Source: Eledone cirrhosa
Lineage: Eukaryota
Direction of reading: 5' to 3'
Length of the DNA stretch: 64,000 bases
Assembly (NCBI GenBank): GCA_964016885.1
Contig: OZ024741.1
Location: 155,000,001 to 155,064,000, forward strand
A program made the position numbers and the translations under genes. This document shows, piece after piece, positions 26,871-40,969 of this stretch (the stretch's first letter is position 1; every line of letters begins with the position of its first letter). The notes below the pieces were generated by a model. It was not told the origin of the DNA, made no database searches, and was given only the letters and a program-made list of their open reading frames with translations.

Positions 26871-28507
26871 TTATAATATATATACACATGTGTGTGTGTA
26901 TATGTGTATGTATATGTATTTATGTATGTATGTATTATGTCAGGTCACCAGTTGCTGCTACTGGTAACATGTATCCCAGTACAACCTGTCTCATGGTCGG
27001 GTCGTTGGCAACTAAACTGGCAACTCCACCAAGGTTTCTTGGTGAGGAGGGTGACTTTGGACATCCTGCAGAACTAAAAACAAAACCTGTCAAAGGGCAA
27101 AGGAGCTCTTAAGAGTCAATGGCCATCCCAAATCACCGGGAGAGATGACCCCTTAGCCTTTGTCAAGGCAGAATTCTAGGAGAAGGAAAACTCTGATATA
27201 ACACCTGCAACCCTGATGGTATCCAATGATGTTGACTTGTTCTTGTTTTTGGTAAATATCATCTTGGTTAAGAGAGTGGGACTGGCTTTGTGCAGTGCCT
27301 TTGCTCACTATAAAAGCTTCACGGCACAGGCATTGCTTTATATCTGGAGATCTCTCTGCACTTGTCGTCACATGGTACCATGGGCCCAGCACTATGTGTC
27401 AATAATTGTCACAGCTGTAGTGTTTGTACCAGTCGCTGGCTGGACTAAAAAGTCACACTCGTTCAGCGCATCGGTAGGAGTTCTCCTACATGGATATAAA
27501 GTAGTGGCCGTACTCGAAAACGAGTTGGCAGCCACCATGTATGTATGTATATATGTATGTATGTATATAATGGGCTTCTTGCAGTGAGATTGCTTGTACT
27601 AGTGGGCAGCTCTTCTCTAGCACAGATAAACTGCTGATGATGATGGAGGATGTATGAAACCGTAAATAAATGAATCGTTTGAGATGGAATAAACCTCGTC
27701 AATTATATTCTAATTACATTAGGGAGTGTTTTGTTTTTTTATTGTTGTTGTTGTTGTTGTTTATACAGTTTGTTAATAGAATCGGATGTTAAATCCTGAT
27801 GATGATGATGAATCTAATGTTGATCAAAAGATGAGCTAATCACCTGCAATTAGTGGGTCTCTAGCAAGCATTGTAAACAAAACATTAACAATTTAACTAG
27901 AAATGTGAAAATAATAAAAACAAAAGATAAAGATATTTTTTGTAATTATCTATTTAAAAAAACAACAAAAATATACTTTTTCCTAAATTTTTTTTTTTTT
28001 TATTTTCACCATATTTAAAAAAAAAACTTTTTATAATTTTTTAAATAATTTTTCTTCAAACTGAAAGCTTTTTATTTTCAATCAAATTTAATTTCCCCTA
28101 ATAACATTTGGAAAAATCATTGATAATCAATGTAAATGAATAAAAAACAAAAAATATATTAGATTTAGAATAACAAGAAATTTCTGTCTCGTTTCCTTTC
28201 AAGTTAAAATATTCTGGTAAGGAATGTCAGCAAAATCACATGAAAGGATTTATAAATTTCTGCTTTAAATATTATCAGTTATCTTCTTCTTTTACTAATT
28301 TTTATTACTAGTTTTGTATCATCATCATTATATCATTATTGTCATTATTGTTTTTACATGTTTTCTTTTCCTTCCATTCTTGCATGGGTTGCACATGTCC
28401 TCTCCAGTACAGCATCTATCCACTTGTTTCTCTCCTTTATCATCTCCTGCTGATATCTTCTTCAGGTTTCCTCTGCTATGGCTTCTTATATACACACACA
28501 AATATAT

Positions 28508-28580
<73 letters not shown>

Positions 28581-28899
28581 CACACATACACATACACACA
28601 CACACACATACACACATATATATACTGTATATACATATTTGGAATGTGTGTGTCTTAATGCAAAAAAAATAAAATAATAAAAAGATGTTGAAAAGAAAAA
28701 TCAAATCAAACAGTGACATTATATCGCATACGTTTTAATATATATGTAAGAAATCAATCAATTATATATATTACAAATTTATTATCACAAATTGCAGAGA
28801 AAACGTTTGTACAAATAATTCTCTGCCTGTGTGTCTGAGATAAGTTATCATTTAATGCTTAGCATCTTGTACAAATTTAGCAGAAAATATCTAAAAACA

Positions 28900-29200
28900 A
28901 GTTTGTTAATTCAAATGATTGCAGTATTGTTACTAGTGGACAGACTGTTGTGGAATTTACAGTATTAGATAGAATAAAGCCTTTATATTTGTATGTGATG
29001 ACCATAGTGCTGTTTGGCAGTTTTCAAGAATGTCTTGCTAATATGGCTTCATGTTATTTGTTAATTCAAATGTTTATAATATCTTTACTAGTGGACAGAC
29101 TGTTGTGGAATTTACAGAATTAGAATAAAGCCTTTACATTTTTATGTGATGGTCATAGTACTGTCTAGTAGTTTTCAAGAATGTCTTGCTAATGTGTATT
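28900..29200. repeat. Tandem duplication of a ~155 bp unit
   Basis: tttgttaattcaaatg..tactagtggacagactgttgtggaatttacag..gttttcaagaatgtcttgctaat occurs twice; related in reverse to 56129-56342. Confidence 0.8.
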
Positions 29201-30398
29201 CAAGTGTTGCAGGGTGTTAAGAGTTAATAAATAGATCTCATAAATCAAAGAATTATATTTATTACAGATTTATTAGCAAAAATTATATAGAAACTTGGTT
29301 TGTAGGCATAATTCTCCATCTCTCAGTGTATCTGGGATAAGTTATTGTTTAATAACCGTATGCAGTTTATCAGATAATTAACATCGTAAATCGTTTATAA
29401 CTTCTCTAGTCCTGAAAAACTGAATGATATGGTGGAGGGGGAAAATGTGGCTGCGTGGTTAACAAGTTAATTTCACACTCAAGTAGGCTGTGGTTCACTT
29501 CCACTATATGGCATTTAGAGCCAGTAACTTCTACCTTCTACTGAAGCATCAGAGAAAATTTTCCAGGTGGAAACTATTCAGAAGCATTTTATCTCTCTGC
29601 TTGTATATCCATCTATTTGTCTATCTGTTTATCCATTCATTCCTCCATCCCCATATCCAATCCCATCAGAGATACAAATGAAAGAAAAGAGCTATCAACA
29701 TATTTTGGACCTTGAGAGTTCTTATACTAAGAGTTTGACTCATTTTTGCATTACTAGTGGTTTCAAGATACAAACACATCTACAAACTGCTTCTAATAAG
29801 TCAAACTCTTAAAGTAAAATGTCTTAAATGTTCATCCCTTATTGTTTATGAGCTCTGAACATCTACATTCATCCAACACACTAGATTTGTTTTGTTCAAA
29901 GTTTGAACCCTAATACTGTATGAATTACACATGTGGTGAATTTATTTTATTCTATTCATATATTTATTTTTACTGATTGTGGAACTGCATTGAACTTGAA
30001 ACTTTGTTAGCACAACCTTCTTCATTTGAAACATCACCACGCCCCTACATCACCCTCCCACTTCTGTCTACACCTCCTTTACACTGTAAAGTTATGTTGG
30101 TATCACAAAAACATCCAGCCCTCACTGTAAACTGGTCATGTAGAGGACACAACAAAAAGCACCCAGCACACACTATAAATGAAGGACATCCAGCCATAGA
30201 AATCTAGCCAGAATTAGTCTTATATGAGCAAGACATAGTCACCTGACCCAACTTGCCTCGAATGGGGCAACCTGTCTAACCCATGCTAGCATGGAAAATG
30301 GATGTTAAACGATGATGATGATATATATATATATATAAAAGACGTTTTTACCAATTCCAACCTGCCTGTCCCCTCAATCTATCTTATTTCTCATTCTT

Positions 30399-30434
30399 TC
30401 TTCTGATGAAGGACTAGCATCTGAAACGTTAAGA
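30399..30434 (+). ncRNA. Minimal hammerhead-like motif in a PLE-type end
   Basis: UCUU-CUGAUGA-a-GGA cuagca UCU-GAAA-CG-UU-AAGA; palindromic ACGU stem III; weak stem II. Confidence 0.6.
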
Positions 30435-30528
30435 CCCTCTTCCTGCTATTCCTGCTATATCAAGCGTTAACCTAATATATCCCTTCCATATACTGTACCA
30501 ATTGTGTTGTTATTTCTGTTTACCTTTT

Positions 30529-30564
<36 letters not shown>

Positions 30565-30585
30565 ATATATATATATATATATATA

Positions 30586-31245
30586 TACAGCAGCACAGAC
30601 TCCACTACAGCAATGAAGAGGCGGACTTTCAGGTCTCTACGAAGGTCCGACTTCCACACCGATCTCAAGCTGTGGCACGCCGCCCAGGCCTTGCTCTTCC
30701 TCTCAACCACATCATCCTCCGTATTCCCAATCTTTGCTCCCAAATACAGGAAGTCCTCAACCAATTCCAGCGGCTTCCCGCCTACATTAGTGATCCCCTC
30801 TGGCTTCTCAACATTCTCTACCAGAGTCTGTGCTGCTGTATGGGTCTGAGACTTGGACACTGACCAAGAAACTCACTCAGATGGTGGATGGGTGCTACAC
30901 GAGAATGCTGAGGATGGCTCTGAACATTAATCAGTATACACTGAGGATGAAAAACTCAGAGCTGTATGGGAGCATCCCAAAAGTCAGCTCAAAAGTGACA
31001 CAGAGGAGACTGAGGTTGGCTGGACATGCCCACCGACATCCAGAGTTGACATTGCACTCAGTGCTCCTTTGGGAGCCCCTACATGGACACACTAGAAGAG
31101 GAAGACCAAGGTTAACATATGTTGATGCCCTAAGGACAGATACTGGTCTGTTGGAGATGCAGGATATGGTAGCGATAATGAGGGACAGAGACCGCTGGAG
31201 AGAACTCGTCCATGGATCTCTGGAATTTTACCCACCTTAGATAGA
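30586..31245. mobile_element. RTE-type LINE 3' fragment with 5' inversion
   Basis: Minus part VEDFLYLGAKI..VESVLLY (30586-30820); plus part ESVLLYGSETW..RLRLAGHAHR..GRPRLTY (30824-31240). Confidence 0.85.
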
Positions 31246-31301
31246 TATATATATATATTGCAAGGCCAATGCTCTAACCACTAAGCCATGTGCCTCCATA
31301 A

Positions 31302-31636
<335 letters not shown>

Positions 31637-31646
31637 ATTATTATTA

Positions 31647-31995
31647 TGGAGGCACATGGCTTAGTGGTTAGAGCATTGGCCTTGCAATAGAAAGGTTGTG
31701 AGTTCAATTCTCAGACTGGGTGATGTGTTGTTTCCTTGAGCAAGACACTTTATTTCACATTGCTCCAGTTTACTCAGCTGTAGAAATGAGATGATAGGGA
31801 CTGGGGTCCCTATAATTCCACTGCAAAGTGGTCGTGCAGGTACCACGGCAAAAAAGCACCCACCACTCACTGTAAATGAGGTTGGTGTTAGGAAGGGCAT
31901 CCAGCTGTAGAAATCAAGCCAGAATCGGTTCCCGTCCCACCCTTGCAAGCAGGGAAAAGGGGACGTAAAATGAAATGAAAATGAAATGATGATGA
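31647..31995 (+). mobile_element. Full-length tRNA-derived CORE-like SINE with RTE-like tail
   Basis: A-box tggcttagtgg, B-box gagttcaattc, core ccttgagcaagacactt, RTE-like 3' end. Confidence 0.85.
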
Positions 31996-33274
31996 TTATA
32001 AAGCTGACGGCCGTATGTATTTAACAAACTTTTCGCCAAACAGCTGGACCAAACACCACCAAATTTGCACCATAGATGTAACTTTTTCCAAGTAAGAAAG
32101 TGAGAGTATTTTTGTCTTCTAAATTTCGTTAAAAGATTAAAGATATTTTATCGTTTATTTAAATATTCACTTCTTTAACATTTTCAAATGTCAACACTTT
32201 CGGTTATGTGACATTCCCCTCTCTTTCTTAGTCTGTCTTTTTAGATAGATACATAGCTATAATGTTGCGCCCTTATAATATGTCTCTGTATGTCTGGCTG
32301 TCTGCTTTAAATACATAGCTATGACGTCACACAACATTCCTCTCATTTTCTTAGTCTGTCTTTTTAGATAGATACATAGCTATAACGTCGCACGCTTATA
32401 ATATCTGTCTGTCTTCATGAACCAAAGTATTGTGTTCCTGTTTTGCATTGGTTGCAACGTTTTTTGAAATATTTACTTCTGTGTTCATAGATTGATTTTT
32501 TTAGTTTCAGAAGATCCCGCTAAGGGTGAAAGCAGCGATTCTTTGCTTAAACTTTAATCTGTTATTTTAATATATATATATATATATATATAATTATATA
32601 TTCGTGTACAGATATTTTTGCATACACAAAAACAAAATATAAACAAACATATTTATTTCATGAAAGCACAGACGGCTTATCGTCATTGTTACTGCCGATA
32701 TGCCACCCAAAAATCCTAGCCTGGCCGCAAGACCAGATTTTCCAGAAGAAAATATGTTACTTGAGCAACAGAAAGACTAAGCTTCGCGATTACCATCAGC
32801 AAAGCTCAGGGTCAAACCCTAAAAGTGACTGGCCTTCATCTTGGAAAACCATGCTTCTCCCGTGGTCAATTGTATGTAGGACGCTCTAGGGTGAGCTCCC
32901 CAAACAATCTCTTCATCTTTGCTCCCGAGGGCCGAACAAAAAATATTGTATACTCTGAGGCTCTAACAATTTAATTTATGTATTTTCTGTTACTTGGAAT
33001 TTCCATTATGGTTGTACAAATTATTGTAAAGTTTGTTTAAAAATGTGTTCTCTGTTCAGCCTTTATTGTTGTAACTATCAATTTTCTTTAATGTACTGGC
33101 TGCTGAACTGGGGAATCCTAAAAACTATTCAAACCCAACATTAGAGCACGCTAACCCCCCACTCCCCATCCTCGCTGACTTGAGAGGGCATGCAGTATCT
33201 TTGCACTGGAATGGAGGGGGGATTTCTGAAAAGATAAAATGCCCTAGCCGGGCACAATCGGACGGGCCAGCTAG
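31996..33274 (+). mobile_element. Deleted Helitron carrying a PIF1 helicase C-terminal remnant
   Basis: Internal blocks shared with 13800-14881 and 16985-17878; ends with a GC-rich segment and CTAG|T. Confidence 0.85.
32774..32974 (+). pseudogene. Helitron PIF1-family helicase C-terminal fragment
   Basis: RLSFAITISKAQGQTLKVTGLHLGKPCFSRGQLYVGRSRVSSPNNLFIFAPEGRTKNIVYSEALTI* (SF1 motifs V and VI). Confidence 0.9.
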
Positions 33275-33417
33275 TATATATATATATATATATATGTAAT
33301 GAAGGAAGTGAGGTAAGGAACCAGGTGGACCATAACGCACCAGATATAGCCGTCGAAACGGCTTGAGCTCTGCCGTCGGGGTCCTGAACCTTTTCCTATA
33401 TATATATATATTTAAAT

Positions 33418-33450
<33 letters not shown>

Positions 33451-33528
33451 CATATATACTTCTTCCTGAGCATGAAACTTATAAGACTTTAATGTTTTGC
33501 ATCTCTGTGTCTGTCTTGTTTATTCTTG

Positions 33529-33595
<67 letters not shown>

Positions 33596-33994
33596 AAATT
33601 ACAAAATATGAGGAAATAATAGACAAAAATATACCTATTTTTTCTTCAAAGTCCTGACTGCAGTTTTGCCCATCCGTGTGCAACGCTTTTCTGCACTATA
33701 AAAATGCATCATCGCTGCAAGGTTGATACGGTTTATCAAGGGACCCCTCAGAAAAAAGAACTGTTTTTTGATGCGTTCGTAGTAAGTGAGAAAATCTCTA
33801 GAGGCAGAGGGAGGAATTAACACGTGATACAGTGGTAAAAAAAAGAAGTTTCTTTCGTAGCAAGTGACAATATCTCGAGAGGCAGAGGGGGAAATTAACA
33901 CGATACAGTGGTCACAGAAGGGTAGTAAGGTGGACAGTGAGAGAATAACATATTTGCTAGAAAAAGCAGTACACTCCTGGGTTAACTCAACCAC

Positions 33995-34027
<33 letters not shown>

Positions 34028-34307
34028 CGTGCGTGTGTATGTGTGTATTATGATGATGATGATTTACATATTTACATCTATTTTCCATACTGGCATGGGT
34101 TAGAGAACCAATTCTTGCTTAAATGTTCCATATTTTGGCATAGTTTCTACAACTGGATGCTTTTCCTACTGCTAACCACTTTACAAAGTGTACTAAATGC
34201 ATTTTATAATAGCTTCCCCTAATTTTCTATTTCCCAGTTATGTAGTTGGAATTTTATTTCAAGGAGAGCATTTACTTTGTATAGTCTTTCTTCCATCACC
34301 CTCATTG

Positions 34308-34441
34308 TCTTCTTCTTCTTCTTCTTCTTCTTCTTCTTCTTCTTCTTCTTCTTCTTCTTCTTCTTCTTCTTCTTCTTCTTCTTCTTCTTCTTCTTCTTCT
34401 TCTTCTTCTTCTTCTTCTTCTTCTTCTTCTTCTTCTTCTTC
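34308..34441. repeat. (TTC)n microsatellite
   Basis: Pure trinucleotide run. Confidence 0.95.
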
Positions 34442-34960
34442 ACAAGGCACACTTAGACCACACAAGACATACTATAAATACGCAACTCATATACAACACA
34501 ATACACTAACCCAATACACCAACACACAGCATCCAACCATGACACAAACACATATGAAATATTAGCATCAATTCTCATATTCCCCCATTCTCACGTTGTT
34601 ACATTCTATCATTTCATATGAAACTAGAATTCTTAAGGTGCTTTTGTAAAAGAAAACAAAAAAAAATAACAAACTAATAATATTGATAATGTCCTTCTAG
34701 CCATGTTGGAACAGTGCCAGAATCTCCTGGGAGTCTTTTAATGTGTATTGTGTTCTATTTCTGTTTTGATTTGTTTATGGTTTGTTTTTCGTCTGTGTAT
34801 CAAATTGTTTGTGATCAAGTTTTTCCATTGTCATGTTGAATTAATGTATTTTCTGTTAATCTATTATCATTGTTAACATCTCTGTTGTTGCTAATATATA
34901 TATGTGTGTGTATATATGTGTGTGTATATATATATATCTGTGTGTATATATATATATATA

Positions 34961-35058
<98 letters not shown>

Positions 35059-35079
35059 TATATATATATAGAGAGAGAG

Positions 35080-35922
35080 AGAGAAAATTGAGGTTGGTAA
35101 TGGCACATGGAATATATAAGAGACAGAATACTTTTTTGTGAAAAAACATAATTTTATAAGGTAAGGAAATAATAAAGGGTATAAAAAATGACCGGTTTCG
35201 ATGGGTCTGCAAAAGCCATCTTTTCAAATGTTGATTAATATTAAGAAAAATTAATAATACGAAGAGTTAAAACTTGAGATTTGAAAATTCAAGTATAAAA
35301 TTCATTGTGGGATTTCATAGCAGTTTTCATCTAGGTAGCAACTACCCAACTTTAAAATCTTCCCCTTCTACAAGTGCTCAGATTCGTTCACACAGCAACA
35401 AAGAATAAACAAAGAAAATCTATTCCTTAACAAATTTAAACCAAAACTAAACGGGTTATCACCCCAATAGAATTGTCATAAAATATAAACACACATACGC
35501 ACGGAATCACTACTATTAAAGACCAGAGACCAATTCTGTAGAATCAGGTTTATTCGTTGACAGACCATGCCTTTGTGTGACCAACACATCCATGTTAAAC
35601 CCTGCACATGCACACACATATATCTATATATATATGCGCACACAGAATTCACCACTGTCGGTTGCGGGGCCCCAATCTACATGAAGAACTCAATGTGATC
35701 AGAATGACTTGTATTTTAATTTCACTGTCCCAACTTCTTATATTATGGAAAAAATATGTGTCTGTATGTATATATATATATATATTTGGAGGCCATTTCT
35801 CTGTGTGTGGGTGTATGTATGTGTATATGTGTGTGTGTGTGTGTATGTGTGTGCATGTGGATGTATGTATTGTGTGTGTGTGTATGTATGTGTGTATCTG
35901 GATGTATGTGTATGTATATATA

Positions 35923-35957
<35 letters not shown>

Positions 35958-36971
35958 GTGTGTGTGTGTATGTGTATATATGTGTGTGTATGTATATGTA
36001 TGTGTGTGTGTATGTATGTGTGTATATGTATATATATATATATATCATCATCATCATCATCACCGTTTTACGTCCGTTCTTCCACGCTAGCATGGGTTAG
36101 ACGGGTTGTCCTGTTGTGGGCAGTGTCTGGTCGGCTGACCATGCCTTGCTCATACAGGAACTGATCTGGCTTGATTTCTACAGCTGGATGCCCTTCCTAA
36201 CACCAACCTCATTTACAGTGAGTGCTGGGTGCTTTTTCGTGGCGCCTACACGTCCACTTTACAGTGTGGGCTGGGTGCTTTTTTGCCGTGGCACCTCCAC
36301 GACCACCTTGCGGTGGTGGGGGGGGGGGGGGGGCATATTGTTTATATGCTTCAGCATGTACCCATGGGAGGTCGGGTACCCTGTATTACTGCGTGACGCC
36401 AGAAGTCACGGTATATGTATAAGTCATATATATATATAAGTCACATATATGTATATGTATATGTATATGTATGTATGTGTGGGTGAAGGTATGTGTGTAT
36501 ATATAGGTGTAAGTGCACTAAATCCCTTTCTATCACGCTCCACTCTCCTACCCACCACAGGAAGATATGTGTATGTATATTGCTTCCACCCCCTCACTGA
36601 CCAGCAGCTGGCCAGTTGACGATTGCTAAATCTGACCTTTATAAAATAACCCACACCCCAAATAACTTCTCATTCACTACCAGAAAGGGACACAGCAGTC
36701 AACCTGTTGTTGCTACCTAGATGAAAACTGCTATGAAATCCCACAATGAATTTTATACTTGAATTTTCAAATCTCAAGTTTTAACTCTTTGTATTATTAA
36801 TTTTTCTTAATATTAATCAACATTTGAAAAGATGGCTTTTGCAGACCCATCGAAACCGGTCATTTTTTATACCCTTTATTATTTCCTTACCTTATAAAAT
36901 TATGTTTTTTCACAAAAAAGTATTCTGTCTCTTATATATTCCATGTGCCATTACCAACCTCAATTTTCTCT
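35080..36971 (+). mobile_element. 5'-truncated Penelope-like element with inverted pseudo-LTRs
   Basis: About 263 bp near-perfect inverted arms 35080-35342 and 36709-36971; 35340-35470 encodes FKIFPFYKC..RINKENLFLNKFKPKLNG (GIY-YIG C-terminus); (TA)n on both sides; nested RTE tail at 36046-36415. Confidence 0.8.
36819..36866 (+). ncRNA. Hammerhead motif, U3-A8 variant (mirror copy at 35185-35232, minus)
   Basis: AACAU-UUGAAAA-GAUGG..CCAUC-GAAA-CCGG-UC-AUUUU; palindromic ACCGGU; stem I imperfect. Confidence 0.75.
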
Positions 36972-37002
36972 ATAACCTTCGTTTTGTGTAGAAAATTACA
37001 CT

Positions 37003-37040
<38 letters not shown>

Positions 37041-37139
37041 AAATTTCCGTTGAAAACAGAAAAGGTCATAGAAGTGAAGAGTGCTCTATGTAAGTACCAG
37101 AGCAAAATTTAATGTATAAAAATCAATACAATATAATTA

Positions 37140-37209
37140 CCTCATTACCAGAGGTTTCCCGAATGAGGCGAATACGAAAGAAACGTCTTCATTCGTTCGT
37201 CAGACGAGG
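37140..37209 (-). ncRNA. Type-I hammerhead ribozyme motif
   Basis: CCUCGU-CUGACGA-a CGAAUGA..UCAUUCG g-GAAA-CC ucu GG-UA-AUGAGG; 6 bp stem I; GUA triplet. Confidence 0.75.
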
Positions 37210-38862
37210 CAATATAAAACATGACTAAATACTTGGAAAGTCTCATCAAGAAAAGCAAAAAAATTATATAAATATAGACAAAGGAATTACAATAGCCATA
37301 TGAAATATATAAAAATCTTTCAAGAAATATAGTTAGGTGTGTGTATATGTATGTATATACGCTCACGGATGTACATATGTGTGTATGTACAAATGTGTAC
37401 GTATAGTGAAAAAGTGTACGTAAATATATATGTTAGGGCAAGTGTATCTGTATATCTGTAACTACAGACAGACATGATGTGATTGTGTGTTTGGCAGGTA
37501 CACAGAAAAAACAGGGTATTAGATACATTATAAGAATATGAAGGCACGCGTATAAACACACACACACGCACGTACACTTATATGCGGAAGTAAAAGAGGT
37601 AAGGGAGTGTAATAATTAAAAGAAAGTATCATTCTCGATATAATTATAAAAATGGAACAATAATTAAGAAAGAAAAAATTAAAGAAAAGGAGACAAACAA
37701 GGTACACGCGTACACACACATATATCTACAAGAAACGTATATCTATAAGAAATATATATATATATATATACACGCAAAAACGTGCAGACAAAAGCGTATG
37801 CAAGCACACATACACACATAGGATGCACATATATGCTCATATACGCCTCGCCCCATGTATATCTAATCACGCGCACGCACGCGACTGTATACACACTCGC
37901 ACACACACACACACACAAATATATACATGCTTATATACATACGTACACTTACACATCCATACATTCGGTACGTACATACACACACACACACACATACATA
38001 CACTCACGCATATAGACCTGTATACATGCACACACATAAAAATAAGGATGTAAAAAATGAAAAAAAGGGAAAAAGCAAAACAAAAAACATAGATGTAAAA
38101 ACAGATATAAAGACACATAAAAATACACATATATATATATATACACGCACGCGCGCGCACATATGGAGGCGTTCGTGTACATATATAGAAAGTATACACA
38201 CATTAAGGCGCTCAGACACATAGATACAGGGTGTAAAAAGCCTTGTGGATAAGTAAGTACAAATATAAAATTATAAGATTGGCTGAGAAATAACAAAAAA
38301 TATCTGGAGTGGAAAACGCAAGTGACCTGTTTAATCAATTAGTGAAGAAAATAGGGAAGTAAAAAGTGGAAAGTGAAGATATTAGGTAAGTGAATCGGAG
38401 AATAGTGGGGGGGTTATTGGTGGATGTGAAGTAAAAATCAAAAAAAAATAAATAAATAAAATAAAAAAAATAAAAATAAAAAAAAATAAAAAATAAAAAT
38501 AAAAAAAAAATAAAAATAAAAATAAAAAAGTATAAAAAAAAAATAAAATAAATAAAAAATAAAAAATAAATAAAAAAAATAAAAATGAAATTAATAATGA
38601 GGATAAAAATGAAAGTAAATCAGAAAGGGTAGTCATAAAGAGAATAATAAGAGTTTATGGAGGATAAGTATCTGAAAGTGTGTTAAGTTTATATGAGCTG
38701 GAAAGCAGGTGTGATTTCATGTGTGGGCAACTGGTGAACATTTCTGTCTTTGTGTTCAGGCAGGTCTTTGGTGATTTAAGATTTTGCAAGATCCAATATT
38801 TTTCATTTATGCAGAGCGTGCATTTTCTTGTTCCTCTTGCATATTATTTAGATTGGTTCAAA

Positions 38863-39640
38863 AGTGAGACCTGGGCATTGTGTGCAGAGTATATATGCAG
38901 ACTGGAGAGGAACGAAGCTTGCATGCTCCGCTGGATGTGTAATAGTAATATACATGAACGGCAAAGCATAAACGAACTAAGGGAGAAATTAGGAATAAGA
39001 GGGATCAGGTGTTGTTCACTCGAGAGAAGACTACGTTGGTACGGTCACGTGATGCGCATGAAAGACGACAGCTGTATAAAAAAGTGCAGAGCGATAAAAA
39101 TAGACGGTAGCCACGGAGTAGTCAGACCCAGAAAAACCTGGGACGACTTGATAAATTCCGACCTCACACACTTACACCTCTCCAAGACAATGTCACTGGA
39201 CCGAGATCTTTGGCGCTACACAGTAATACAGAAGACCCACCTTGCCTAAGTACAAAGCGAAACCTACAGTCAGTAGACACCTCTAACAAAAATACACCCC
39301 TATCCCACTACCCCCACCTCATCCACACCACCCCCTTCAATGTGAAGTTATGTTGGTACCACAACATCCAGTCCTAAACAAATGAGGTCGTGTAGGTGTC
39401 ACAACAAAAAAACCACAGTCCACGCTGTAATGTGGCCATGTAGGTAACACTGTAAAAACCTCCCAGTCCACACTGTAAACGTGGTTGGTGTTAGGAAGGG
39501 CATCCAGCCGTAGAAAACCCGCCAGACAGTCCTATACGAGCAAGACAACCAATCTTGCCTCAAGTGGGAAAATTCCCGTCCAAACCCATGCAAGCGTGGA
39601 AGATGGACGTTAAACGATGATGATGATGATGATAATGATG
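38863..39640 (+). mobile_element. RTE LINE 3' fragment
   Basis: SETWALCAE..EACMLRWMC..RRLRWYGH..RPRKTWDD, UTR, (GAT)n. Confidence 0.9.
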
Positions 39641-39703
39641 GTATATATATATATATATGTGTGTGTGTATATATGTATGTATATATATATATGTATATAT
39701 ATG

Positions 39704-39802
<99 letters not shown>

Positions 39803-39840
39803 AAAGAATAGAGGTGTAACACACAAGTTATTATATATTA

Positions 39841-40226
39841 GTAAACGGAATAGAAAATGCTGACAAATTGTTCACAGTTGAAAAATGGTTTAATTAGGAA
39901 TAAAAGAGTATTAGTGATTGTATGGGTTAGTATTCAGTTGTGGTTTTAAGTTTTTAAGTTTTTACCGGTTGCGCATTTCTAAATGTTTTTCAAAAATAAT
40001 TTTGAGATAGAGTGTCCGTGCTGTTTGCTCTGATCAGAGCAAACAGCACGGACACTCTATCTCAAAATTATTTTTGAAAAGCATTTAGAAATGCGCAACC
40101 GGTAAAAACTTAAAAACTTAAAACCACAACTGAATACTAACCCATACAATCACTAATACTCTTTTATTCCTAATTAAACCATTTTTCAACTGTGAACAAT
40201 TTGTCAGCATTTTCTATTCCGTTTAC
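39841..40226. repeat. 386 bp spacerless palindrome
   Basis: Arms of 193 bp centred on TGATCA (40031-40036); one mismatch seen; flanked by TA-rich tracts. Confidence 0.9.
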
Positions 40227-40603
40227 CAATATATATATATATATATACATATATTATATATATATATATATATACATATATTATATATATATATATATAC
40301 ACATATATTATATATATATATATATATACATATATTATATATATATATATATATACATATATTATATATATATATATATATACATATATTATATATATAT
40401 ATATACATATATTATATATATATGTATATATATACATATATTATATATATATGTATATATATACATATATTATATATATATGTATATATATACATATATT
40501 ATATATATGTATATACATATATTATATATATATATATATACATATATTATATATATATATATATATATACAAAAATTATATATATATATACATATAATAC
40601 ATA

Positions 40604-40676
<73 letters not shown>

Positions 40677-40969
40677 TGTTATACTTTGGGATGGTCATGT
40701 TGCCAATAAGAAACACACGCACCAGGTGCTTTCACTTCAATTTATTATAAATAAATTTAGGAAAAAGAATCCCCAGTCACTGAAGAGGTCACATAAAGTG
40801 TGACGAAAGAACTTTGACAATATATGAACAATCGTCTGGTTGTGGAACCAACCAACCGGCGGAAATTTATAAATTCCTAAATTTATAAATTTAATTTATA
40901 ATAAATTGAAGTGAAAGCAACTGGTGCGTGTGTTTCTTATTGGCAACATGACCCTCCCAAAGTATAACA
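40677..40969. repeat. Inverted repeat enclosing a hammerhead (PLE-type end)
   Basis: 40677-40763 pairs with 40874-40969. Confidence 0.8.
40776..40818 (+). ncRNA. Type-I hammerhead motif
   Basis: GUCA-CUGAAGA-g-GUCACAU aaa GUGUGAC-GAAA-GAAC-UU-UGAC. Confidence 0.75.

Noticed and set aside
31647-31720. tRNA-like sequence
   Set aside because: SINE head with A and B boxes continuing into the SINE core; not an intact tRNA.
38340-38392. Strong donor attag|gtaagt as candidate exon 1 of the YjeF_N gene
   Set aside because: In the required phase there is a stop within eight codons and no ATG.
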